Source: Longivirga aurantiaca
GTDB lineage: Bacteria; Actinomycetota; Actinomycetes; S36-B12; CAIYMF01
Direction of reading: 5' to 3'
NCBI RefSeq assembly: GCF_042660085.1
Contig: NZ_JBHSTI010000008.1
Coordinates: 1,239,876 to 1,271,875 of the forward strand
Length of the DNA stretch: 32,000 nt
Position numbers and translations under genes: made by a program. This document shows positions 9,430 through 17,735 of the stretch, one piece after another. The notes below the pieces were generated by a model. It worked only from the letters and a program-made list of their open reading frames with translations. It was not told the origin of the DNA and did not search any database. The first letter of the stretch is position 1, and each line of letters opens with the position of its first letter.

Positions 9430-10215
9430 GTGACCCGTCCGGTCCGCATCGGCGTGCAGATCCAGCCGCAGCACGCCGAGTACGCCGAGATCCGTCGCGC
9501 CGTCGCCGCTGCGGAGGAGGCCGGTGTCGACGTCGTGTTCAACTGGGACCACTTCTTCCCGCTGTACGGCGAGCGCGACGGCGAGCACTTCGAGTGCTGG
9601 ACGATGCTGGGCGCCTGGGCCGAGGCGACGTCGCGGGTCGAGATCGGCGCGCTGGTCACCTGCAACTCGTACCGCAACCCCGAGCTGCTCGCCGACATGG
9701 CGCGCACCGTCGACCACATCAGCGGCGGCCGCCTCATCCTCGGCATCGGTGCGGGCTGGTTCGAGCGCGACTACGACGAGTACGGCTACGACTTCGGCAC
9801 CGCGGGAAGCCGCCTCGCCGACCTCGAGCAGGCGCTGCCGCGGATCGAGAAGCGGTGGTCGGCGCTGAACCCCGCGCCGCTGCGCGACATCCCCGTGCTC
9901 ATCGGTGGCGGCGGCGAGAAGAAGACGTTGCGCTACACCGCCCGGCACGCCGACATCTGGCACGGCTTCGGCGACCTGGGCACGGTCGTCCGCAAGTCCG
10001 CCATCCTCGACGAGTGGTGCCGCACGGAGGGTCGCGACCCGTCCGAGGTCGAGCGCTCGGTGGGCGTCGAGGGTGACCCGGGCACGAAGGGCCAGCCGCT
10101 GCTCGACGCCGGCGTCACCCTCTTCACGATCGGCCTGGGTGGGCCGTCGTACGACCTGGCCCGGCTGACCGACTGGCTGGCCTGGCGTGACGAGGTGAAC
10201 GCCGCCCGAGGCTAG
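9430..10215 (+). CDS. LLM-class (luciferase-like) probable F420-dependent oxidoreductase
   Basis: GTG start preceded by gaggagag. VRIGVQIQPQHAEYAEIRRAVAAAEEAGVDVVFNWDHFFPLYG...GRLILGIGAGWFERDYDEYGYDFGTAGSRLADLEQALP. Confidence 0.9.
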   Translation: MTRPVRIGVQIQPQHAEYAEIRRAVAAAEEAGVDVVFNWDHFFPLYGERDGEHFECWTMLGAWAEATSRVEIGALVTCNSYRNPELLADMARTVDHISGGRLILGIGAGWFERDYDEYGYDFGTAGSRLADLEQALPRIEKRWSALNPAPLRDIPVLIGGGGEKKTLRYTARHADIWHGFGDLGTVVRKSAILDEWCRTEGRDPSEVERSVGVEGDPGTKGQPLLDAGVTLFTIGLGGPSYDLARLTDWLAWRDEVNAARG

Positions 10216-10342
10216 CCCCGCCGACACCAGCGCCTTGGCCCGTGTCGGGGTGCATGTCGTGCGTGCCGCCGTGAGCGACACCCCGACGGTGCGGGGCGGT
10301 GCGGCACGCCAGGTCCACAGCGCGACGGCGCAGCGGCTGCGC

Positions 10343-10960
10343 CTAGCGGGGAGCGGTGTGCAGGGTCCAGCCCGCGCCGTCCCAGTAGCGCAGCTGCTGG
10401 GAGTCGGCGGGGTCGACGTACCACAGCGGGGGAGCGGCCGGGGGTGCTGCCCGGTCGAGGTCGTCCCGTGTGGGTCCGGTGCGGCCGGACGAGGGCAATC
10501 CCGGCGCGCCGAGGAGGTCGCGACGGAAGCGGGCGTCGATCCCGGCGAAGACCGAGGTGGCCTCGACGAACACGACGACCCGCAGCGTCCGGCCGTCCAG
10601 CAGCGGAGCCCAGCGCTCGACATCGCGGTCGGAGAGCCGCCCGACGTCCAGGCGGCTCTCGGTGGCGTCGGTGTCATCGGCCGTGAGGATGCCGACCCGC
10701 CACCGCCCGTCGACGGGTGAGAGGACGCCCCACCGTGCGCCGTGCAGGAACCCACCCGACTCGGTCAGGCCGAGATGCCGGGCCAGTGCGGCCGGCGACC
10801 GCGCGAGGTCCACCAACGTGAGGGAGACGACGTCGAGCGAGGCGACGGGGAGATCGAGCTCGCCGCCGGTCGCGTCGAGGACAGCGCCGTCGGCAGACGT
10901 GAAGTCCACACGGACGGCGTCGTCGACAGCGACGACGGAGAGAGCATCGAACTCGGGCAT
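10343..10960 (-). CDS. DUF2510-like domain protein
   Basis: MPEFDALSVVAVDDAVRVDFTSADG... with C-terminal LWYVDPADSQQLRYWDGAGWTLHTAPR (WYxDP...LRYWDGxxWT). Confidence 0.85.
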   Translation of the reverse strand: MPEFDALSVVAVDDAVRVDFTSADGAVLDATGGELDLPVASLDVVSLTLVDLARSPAALARHLGLTESGGFLHGARWGVLSPVDGRWRVGILTADDTDATESRLDVGRLSDRDVERWAPLLDGRTLRVVVFVEATSVFAGIDARFRRDLLGAPGLPSSGRTGPTRDDLDRAAPPAAPPLWYVDPADSQQLRYWDGAGWTLHTAPR

Positions 10961-11148
10961 GGGTGGAGTGTAGGCAGGGCGCCGTGAGCGAACCGAGAGG
11001 TAGCGGTGAACTCGCACCGATCGGGTGGCGGTCACCCCACTGTTCGGCTCAGGCTGCCCACGGACAGCGACACCAGCTTCACAGAGCGCAGTCTGCACAA
11101 CGCTGCGCGCGACTCCTCGGCGAGGTCTCCGGTGCCAGATCGGTGCGC

Positions 11149-12162
11149 TCACACCTCGTCGTGCCGGGCGGCCGGACGGGGTGCCGCATCGATGGACCAC
11201 CGCGTGCCATCCCACCAGCGGAGCTCGTCCGCGTCGAACGGGTCGACGTACCAGCCGGCTGAAACCCCGGGAGGCGCGAGGAGCGCCGGATCGGTCGCGA
11301 CCGGCGAAAGCTCGGGTTCGACCACCGAGGCCGGCGCCTCCTCCATCGCTCGCGCAGCCCAGGTCGCGGCGGCGACCTCGTCCGCGGCGGCCCACGCGGG
11401 CTCGGGCTCCGGCTCCGGCTCGGCCTCGACCACAGCCACGATCTCGGGCTCGGGCTCGGGCTCGGAGGTCCACGCGGGCTCGGAGGTCCACGCGGGCTCG
11501 GGCTCGACCACAGCCACGATCTCGGGCTCGGCGGTCCACACGGGCTCGGGCTCGGCCACCGCCACGATCTCGGGCTCGGTGCTCCACGCGGGCTCGGGCT
11601 CGGCGGCGGAGTCGGCCACCGCAGCGGCGGTGGCAGCGGCGGCCGTCGCGGCCGCCCAGGTCGGGGTGTCGCTCTCGGACGGGTCCGCGACCGGTGCGGT
11701 CGGGGCGGGGGGCTCTGCGGGGTGGGGCAGCGCGATCGTGGGCGGATCCGCGGGCACCGACCGGTAGCGCACCTCGAGCGCGAAGCTGCCGGGCGTCGCC
11801 TCGACCAGCACGGACACGCGCGCGGCGCGGCCGGCCCACAGCTGGAGGAACCTGCGGGCGTCGCCGTCGACGATCCGACCGACCCGCACCCCGGGTCCTT
11901 CGAGATCGGCCGGGGTCCGACCCATGACGACCACGGCCGCGCCGTCGCCCTCCGGCACGAGGAGCCCCCAGCAGAAGCCGTGGCGAAAGCTGCCGCGCCA
12001 CGGGATGTCGAGGGCGTCGGCCAGGACATCGACCGTCTCGACCAGGTCGATAACAGGGGCATGCACAGCGCGGGGGTCGCGGACGTCGAGCGTGAGCGCG
12101 CCGCCAGTGGCATCCGGCGCCGCCGCGAACACGGGTCCGTAGCCTCGGTCACCGTCGCTCAC
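11149..12162 (-). CDS. DUF2510-like domain protein with acidic/Trp repeat linker
   Basis: MSDGDRGYGPVFAAAPDATGG... with C-terminal GWYVDPFDADELRWWDGTRWSID. Contains 16-aa repeats EPEIVAVVEPEPAWTS. Confidence 0.85.
   Translation of the reverse strand: MSDGDRGYGPVFAAAPDATGGALTLDVRDPRAVHAPVIDLVETVDVLADALDIPWRGSFRHGFCWGLLVPEGDGAAVVVMGRTPADLEGPGVRVGRIVDGDARRFLQLWAGRAARVSVLVEATPGSFALEVRYRSVPADPPTIALPHPAEPPAPTAPVADPSESDTPTWAAATAAAATAAAVADSAAEPEPAWSTEPEIVAVAEPEPVWTAEPEIVAVVEPEPAWTSEPAWTSEPEPEPEIVAVVEAEPEPEPEPAWAAADEVAAATWAARAMEEAPASVVEPELSPVATDPALLAPPGVSAGWYVDPFDADELRWWDGTRWSIDAAPRPAARHDEV
11391..11610 (-). repeat. Intragenic 48-bp (16-aa) imperfect tandem repeat
   Basis: The core cacagccacgatctcgggctcg starts at 11431 and 11509, with variant caccgccacg at 11557. 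Spacings are 78 and 48 bp, matching E-P-E-I-V-A-V-x-E-P-E-P-x-W units. Confidence 0.85.
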
Positions 12163-12455
12163 CAGCGCTCACCCCCTCTCGTCCCGTGGCGCAGCCTAGT
12201 GCGAGCCCGTGCGCGGCGGCGGCGCACTCTGCAGGCTCGAGGCCCGGCGGAGTGATCCCGTGCCGGGCCACCGGGGCGCGGTCCCGGTTCCTCCGCGACC
12301 AGCTCGGGACTCCGCTGGCGGGCCGTGAGCAGGTGCGCGATGGGCCGCCGCGCATCGTGCGTCGGACGACCACTCACACCAGTCGACAGTGCGTCGAGCC
12401 CGTCGCGCAGACAGAGGTCTCCGCGACGGGCTCGACGCCTGATGGTGTTGGAGCG

Positions 12456-12965
12456 TCAGGGCATGGACAGCGTTCCGGCGTAGGTGCCCGAGGGGCCGTT
12501 GGGGCCGGCGACGGTCCCGGTCCCCAGCACCATGCCGGTCAGACCCGCGAGGCCGCCGGTCGCCGACACGACCACGTTCTTGGAGTGCACGATGCCGTCC
12601 CTGCCGGTGTGCCCCTGCTCGAGGAGCGTCATGGTCCCCGCGACCCCGTTCACGGTGCCCACGAAGACGTCGGTGTACTGGTAGCTGGCCGTTCCGAGGA
12701 ACGGGTCGCCGTCGCCGATGGGTCGCAGCACGAGTCGGCCCGTGAGGGTCGAGGTGCCCTCGAACGTTCCGGTCCAGACGACGGTCGCCGTGAGCCCGTC
12801 GAGGATGAGGTGGTCGCTGGCGGTGCGAGGCACCGGGATGCTCGCGTCGACGAACTGGTACGTGCCGGAGACGGTCGTGCGGGTCGATGCCTGTGCCGGC
12901 GACATGGGGGCGACGGCGAGGGCGACGAGCCCGGTCAGGGCGAGGGCGGAGAGGGTGCGCTTCAT
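12456..12965 (-). CDS. Secreted protein of unknown function (beta-rich)
   Basis: Signal peptide MKRTLSALALTGLVALAVAPMSPAQA, then a beta-rich domain ending ...TVAGPNGPSGTYAGTLSMP. Confidence 0.8.
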   Translation of the reverse strand: MKRTLSALALTGLVALAVAPMSPAQASTRTTVSGTYQFVDASIPVPRTASDHLILDGLTATVVWTGTFEGTSTLTGRLVLRPIGDGDPFLGTASYQYTDVFVGTVNGVAGTMTLLEQGHTGRDGIVHSKNVVVSATGGLAGLTGMVLGTGTVAGPNGPSGTYAGTLSMP

Positions 12966-13264
12966 GGGTCTGCCTTTGCTCGGGAGGGTGATGGGACCTG
13001 CTGCGCCAACAGTCCGCGAGAGCCGTCCATCGAGGTAGACAAGGAAACCCTTCATCAGACTCGACGTGGCCGCCCGTGAGCGACGGCAGTCCGAGACCCC
13101 AGATCGAGGGTTCTCCCGGTTACGACGGGGCGACGTCGCGAGCACCGTGGGGGCATCGGTCGGGAGGAGGCGACGATGACCACGTCGACACGCAGAGCGC
13201 GGAGCCCGACGCCGCAACGGCGTACCGCGACGGCAGGGTTCGTCGGGTGAGACACACTGGCGAT

Positions 13265-16036
13265 ATGACCGACCTGGTGAGCCGCGCCGCCGAGCTCGCC
13301 GCACTGGTGGGCGCGGTCGGCCGTGGGGGTCCGGAGGCGGTCAACGTCGTGGGCTCACCAGGGATGGGCAAGACGACCCTCGTCAACGCTCTGCTCGCGG
13401 CGGTCGACGGACCTCTCGTGCTTCGGGCGCGTCCGCTCGAGAGCGAGTCGTCCCTGGCGTTCAGCGGGCTCACGGCGATCCTCGCCGGCCTGCCGGAGAG
13501 CACGTTCGCGGAGCTCCCCGCGCCGCAGGCCTCGAGCCTGCGCGCTGCGCTGCTCCTCGAGGATGTGACGGGCGACGTCGACCCGCGAGCGGTCGCGGCC
13601 GGGCTGCGCGGGGTGCTGGTCAACCTCGCGGCACGACGGCCCGTGCTCCTCGTCGTCGACGACGCCCAGTGGCTGGACCCGTCCAGCGCCCACGCTCTCA
13701 GCCAGGCGCTCCACCGCATCGGCACGGCCAGGCTCGTGCTCGTGTGCGCCAGTCGACCGGGCGGCGACGCGATGGCCTGGTTGCCGGCGTCCGGGTTCGA
13801 CCCCGTCGCGGAGGTACGGCTCGGCCCGCTGTCCGCCGACGACCTCATGCGGGTCGTCCAGAGCAACCTGGGGACCATCGTGGAGCTCGGCGACCTGCGA
13901 GGCATCGAGCGAGCCTCCGGCGGTAACCCGCTGCACGCACTGGAGCTCGCCCGTCACAGGCTCGACAGCGGCACCGGGGGCACGGTCGAGGAGCTCGTTC
14001 GCGAGAGGCTCACGGTGCTTCCCCGCGAGACACGCATCGCCCTGCTCACGTCGGCGCTGGCGAGCCACCCACACCTCGAGGTGGTGGCGCGCGCCCGCGG
14101 CTGCTCGCAGCTCGAGCTCGTGGCGGTGCTCGACCCGGCCGTGCGCGCCGGCCTCGTGAGGGTGACCGACCTCGTCCTGTTCGCCCACCCGCTGTACGCC
14201 GAGGCTGCGATCTCTGCTGGATCAGCCCCCGACAGGTCGGAGGCGCATCGTCGCCTCGCTGACGCCGAGCCGAGCGAGGAGGCACGCGTCCGGCACGCCG
14301 GCCTCGGGGTGGACGGGCCCGACGCGCGGCTGGCGGCCAGCCTGGCGACGACAGCCGCGCGTACCCGGGCACGCGGCGCCTGGGACGCCGCCGTCGAGCT
14401 GCTCACCCTCGCGGTGACCCGCACGCCCGTCGAGTCGCCCGATCGCGGCGACCGTGCGCTGCTCCTGGGGCGCTGGGCGTTCCAGAGCGGGCAGCCGTCG
14501 CTGGCTGAAGGCTGGTTCGTCGACGTGCGCGAGCACCACCCGGGGTCTTCGTCCTACTGGTCCGCCACGATGGGTCTCGCCCGGCTGTGCCTGCACGCCG
14601 CCCGCACAGCGGAGATGCACGCCCTCAACCGTGAGCTCCTGGCCGCCGACCTCGACCCTCTGCTCGCCGCCGAGGCGATGGTGCGCACGGTCAACGACGA
14701 GTTCGCCGACCGGCCGTCCGAGCGGATCGAGCGCATCGCCGCTGCCAACCGCGTGCTCTCTGCTGCGGGCGCGGGCGTCGACCCGGCGCTCCTCGTCGCG
14801 GGGCTCAGCCTCGAGATCCAGGCACGGATGACAGCCGGGCAGGCGACGGACGAGCTGATGGCGCGTGCGGTGGCGCTCGACGCGCAGCATCCGGCCGACG
14901 TCGCGCTCGACGCGCCGAGCCTCGAGCTGGCGCACCTCCTCATGATGGCCGACCGCTTCGACGAGGGCCGTGCGGTGTGCCTGTCGATGCTGACCCGCTG
15001 CCGCGCCATGGGTGATGACGTATCGCTCCCGACCGTCTACTCCCACCTGGCGCACCTCGAGCAGCGCGCCGGGCAGTGGGACGCCGCGCGCGCCGCGATC
15101 GTCGAGGGCGAACGCTGGGCCCGGGGGCACGGTCCGATCGTGACGTGGCAGCTGCGCGCGCAGTCAGCGCTCCTTGATGGGCTGCAGGGCAGCCACGACG
15201 AGGCGCTCTCGACCCTGCGGCAGGCATCCGAGCTGTTCGCCGGTCCGGAGTACTACCAGTTCGGAGCGATCATCAGCCACCTGCGCGGTCGGGTGCATGC
15301 GGCGTACAGCGAGCAGGAGCAGGCGTACGCCGCCTTCGCGACCGCGATCGAGCTGGCGGCGCAGGTCGGCTGGGACGACCCGGCGAACCTCGAGTCCGAT
15401 GTCCCGTTCGCGGAGGCGGCCTCCGCACTCGGTCGGTTCGCGGAGGCCGAGCGACATCTCGATCGCACCGAGCAGCGCGCCCGCCAGCTGGGGCAGACCA
15501 ACCAGCTGGCGGTGTGCCGCCGGGGGCGGATCGGGCTCCTGGCTGCGCGAGGAGACCTCGACGAGGCAGCCCTCCTCGTGCCCGAGATGCTCGCGGCCTA
15601 CGACTCCGAGCCGGGGCAGCCGCTCGACCGAGCCCTCGCGCTTCTCGTGGCGGGCCGTCTGCTCCGCCGCACGCGGCAGAAGAGGCAGGCTCACGACTGC
15701 TTGACCGCTGGGCTCGACATCTTCGGGGAGCTCGGCTGCCCGGCGTACGTCGAGGTCGCCCGTTCCGAGCTGAACCGGGTCGGCCTGCGTCCCAGCCGAC
15801 CTGAGGCCCTCACCCCCACCGAGCTCGAGGTGGCGCGGCTCGCGGCAGACGGCCTGCGCAACGTCGAGATCGCCACGACGGCCCACCTGAGCGTGAAGAC
15901 CGTCGAGGCCGTCCTGTCCCGCGTCTATCGCAAGCTCGGCATCCGGTCGCGTGCTCAGCTCTCGCGGGCCCTTGCCTCGCTGCCGGAGCGGGCTGCGGCC
16001 TCGTCGCCGTCAGGACCGGCCGCACCGCCGACGTGA
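13265..16036 (+). CDS. Large LuxR-family (LAL/MalT-like) ATPase transcriptional regulator
   Basis: Walker A GSPGMGKTT, Walker B-like LLVVDDAQWLD, TPR-rich middle, and C-terminal LuxR HTH LTPTELEVARLAADGLRNVEIATTAHLSVKTVEAVLSRVYRKLGIRSRAQL. Confidence 0.92.
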   Translation: MTDLVSRAAELAALVGAVGRGGPEAVNVVGSPGMGKTTLVNALLAAVDGPLVLRARPLESESSLAFSGLTAILAGLPESTFAELPAPQASSLRAALLLEDVTGDVDPRAVAAGLRGVLVNLAARRPVLLVVDDAQWLDPSSAHALSQALHRIGTARLVLVCASRPGGDAMAWLPASGFDPVAEVRLGPLSADDLMRVVQSNLGTIVELGDLRGIERASGGNPLHALELARHRLDSGTGGTVEELVRERLTVLPRETRIALLTSALASHPHLEVVARARGCSQLELVAVLDPAVRAGLVRVTDLVLFAHPLYAEAAISAGSAPDRSEAHRRLADAEPSEEARVRHAGLGVDGPDARLAASLATTAARTRARGAWDAAVELLTLAVTRTPVESPDRGDRALLLGRWAFQSGQPSLAEGWFVDVREHHPGSSSYWSATMGLARLCLHAARTAEMHALNRELLAADLDPLLAAEAMVRTVNDEFADRPSERIERIAAANRVLSAAGAGVDPALLVAGLSLEIQARMTAGQATDELMARAVALDAQHPADVALDAPSLELAHLLMMADRFDEGRAVCLSMLTRCRAMGDDVSLPTVYSHLAHLEQRAGQWDAARAAIVEGERWARGHGPIVTWQLRAQSALLDGLQGSHDEALSTLRQASELFAGPEYYQFGAIISHLRGRVHAAYSEQEQAYAAFATAIELAAQVGWDDPANLESDVPFAEAASALGRFAEAERHLDRTEQRARQLGQTNQLAVCRRGRIGLLAARGDLDEAALLVPEMLAAYDSEPGQPLDRALALLVAGRLLRRTRQKRQAHDCLTAGLDIFGELGCPAYVEVARSELNRVGLRPSRPEALTPTELEVARLAADGLRNVEIATTAHLSVKTVEAVLSRVYRKLGIRSRAQLSRALASLPERAAASSPSGPAAPPT

Positions 16037-16068
16037 GGCAGCCCCCTGCGTCGCAGGGGGCTGCCTCA
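16034..16068. terminator. Bidirectional hairpin between convergent genes
   Basis: TGAGGCAGCCCCCTGC-GTC-GCAGGGGGCTGCCTCA. Perfect 16-bp stem with 3-nt loop, beginning on the TGA stop of the LuxR-type gene. Confidence 0.88.
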
Positions 16069-16083
16069 CATCGAGGTCGTGCG

Positions 16084-16734
16084 TCAGGCGTTGGCCTTCG
16101 CCGAGAAGATCGGCGCGCCGATGACGCTGCGGAACAGCGTGGTGCCGAGCTCGGCGTCGAGCGCGCCGGCGGCCACCGCCGTGAGGCGGAGCTGGGCGCC
16201 CGTCACCTGGACGTCGGTCGCGTCGACCTTGGCGTTGGCGAGGTCGATGTCGAAGAGCGCGACGCGGGCGCCGTCCGGCACCCCGCCGGGGCCGTCGGTG
16301 ACGGTGCCGATGAGCTGCGGGCTGGCGGTCTGGCCGACGGCGGTGCCGCCGTTGAGATCGATCGTGAAGTCCTTGACCACGATGCGCTTGGTGAACGAGC
16401 CGAGCTTCACGAAGGCGATGCCGCCCGAGTGGGTGATCTCGTTCGGCACGTTGCCCGCGAAGGTGCCGCCCTGCAGACCGGTGATCGGGAACGAGAACTT
16501 CAGGGCGAGCGGCGAGAAGCGCACGCCGTCGAGGCGACCGGGGGAGACGGCGTAGGGGAGGACGCCCGCCTTGACGATGGCCGGCGCGATGCCGGGGAGG
16601 GTGGTGACCGACGTGCGACCCGTGGTGGGGGACGCGATGTCGGTCACGGTCAGGGCGTTCGCCGAGGGGGCGGCTACCAGTGCGGTGGTGGCTGCGAAGC
16701 CGGCGGCGGCGATGACGGAGACGAGACGGCGCAT
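16084..16734 (-). CDS. Secreted protein of unknown function
   Basis: Signal peptide MRRLVSVIAAAGFAATTALVAAPSANA. Coherent polypeptide to ...VIGAPIFSAKANA, converging on the terminator. Confidence 0.8.
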   Translation of the reverse strand: MRRLVSVIAAAGFAATTALVAAPSANALTVTDIASPTTGRTSVTTLPGIAPAIVKAGVLPYAVSPGRLDGVRFSPLALKFSFPITGLQGGTFAGNVPNEITHSGGIAFVKLGSFTKRIVVKDFTIDLNGGTAVGQTASPQLIGTVTDGPGGVPDGARVALFDIDLANAKVDATDVQVTGAQLRLTAVAAGALDAELGTTLFRSVIGAPIFSAKANA

Positions 16735-16824
16735 GCGGAGGGTCCTCCAGGGTCGGATGGCCGCCCCGATGCGGCCATGTGCCCCTTCTTCTGGTGCGAG
16801 CGGCCTTCTGGATGCAGACAACGC

Positions 16825-17217
16825 ATGCGGATCCCCGCGGACGCCGTTCTGGATGCACCCTCCGCCGACGGCACGACCGTCGTCGGCACGCTCGCGTCGT
16901 CCGAGGCGCTGACCTCGGGGGCAGCGGCCTGGACGAGCCGCGCGGCCATGCCGACCGGTCGTCGGGCGACGGCGGTCCAGGTGGTCAACCCTCGCGCGTA
17001 CGTCATCGGCGGGGAGATCACCGGAACGGGTGGCGCGTTCACCAGGAACGAGTCGTACGACCCGGTCGCGGACGCCTTGCGTACTGAGGCAGCGCTCTCG
17101 CCGGGACGCCACGGAGCGACCTCGACCGTGATCGGTGGTCGCGTCTGTCTGGTCGGCGGCGGCACCGGAGGAACGTCACTCAGCACGCTCACGACCGTCT
17201 TCTCCCCGCCCGCCTGA
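16825..17217 (+). pseudogene. Probable fragment of a Kelch-like/galactose-oxidase-type beta-propeller
   Basis: Frame contains AAWTSRAAMPTGRRATAVQVVNPRAYVIGGEITGTGGAFTRNESYDPVADALRTEAALSPGRHGATSTVIGGRVCLVGGGTGG...: about two Kelch-like blades only, with no signal peptide. Confidence 0.5.
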
Positions 17218-17236
17218 CCAACCGGTACCACGATGC

Positions 17237-17268
17237 TGCCCCGTCCCCGATCCGCTCGGGACGGGGCA
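17237..17268. terminator. Putative hairpin terminator
   Basis: TGCCCCGTCCC-N10-GGGACGGGGCA, perfect 11-bp inverted repeat just after the Kelch-like fragment. Confidence 0.65.
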
Positions 17269-17414
17269 CCGTCGTCCTGCGGGGTGCGGACCGTGACTCG
17301 ACCACTGCTACCAGCCGTCCCCGCCCGTGGGCCGTCACGAGGTCGTCGAGCTCGTCCAGCGGCGCGAGGTCGGGGGCTGTCCGGGCGCCTTACGGCCCCC
17401 CGGACGTGACGCGG

Positions 17415-17714
17415 TCACCGGGGGGAGACCGTCGACACCCAGGTCGACACCGGGCGGCCGTCGTACGGCGTGACGACGAAGCGCGCGTGCGGCTGCCCCG
17501 GGTCCCCGGCGAAGAATCAGCACCGGCGCTGGTCCTGCGGGCCGTGGACGATGGCGAACTGGCCGGGTCGGAACGGGACGGGCGATCCGGTCGCCACGAC
17601 GAGGTCGAACACCGCCGGTCCCACCTCGGCGATGGAGAGGACCGTCCCGTGCTCGACCCGCACGGGGCGGAGCGGGTCGGGCTGGTCGGCCACCCTCAGC
17701 GGCTTGATCGTCAC
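17415..17714 (-). pseudogene. Degraded FAD-binding (ferredoxin-reductase-like) domain fragment
   Basis: MTIKPLRVADQPDPLRPVRVEHGTVLSIAEVGPAVFDLVVATGSPVPFRPGQFAIVHGPQDQRRC*FFAGDPGQPHARFVVTPYDGRPVSTWVSTVSPR*. In-frame TGA (17517-17519), then frame loss at a 6-C run. Confidence 0.5.
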
Positions 17715-17735
17715 GTGGGTCGTCGCGGACGACCG

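Noticed and set aside
10216-10342. GC-rich partial inverted repeats in the convergent intergenic region
   Set aside because: Stems are imperfect (ccccgccgacac vs gtgtcgggg), so it is only a possible terminator, not confidently supported.
7804-10755. 983-aa ORF on the minus strand
   Set aside because: Arg/Pro/His-rich composition, antisense to well-supported WS/DGAT and LLM genes. Typical GC-rich artefact.
11391-11610. Possible CRISPR or intergenic repeat array
   Set aside because: The repeats lie in frame inside a DUF2510-like gene, have 48-bp coding periodicity and have no unique spacers.
17517-17519. In-frame TGA as a possible selenocysteine in the FAD-reductase-like fragment
   Set aside because: The frame is lost again shortly downstream and the domain is incomplete, so decay is more likely than recoding. 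I saw no adjacent SECIS-like hairpin.
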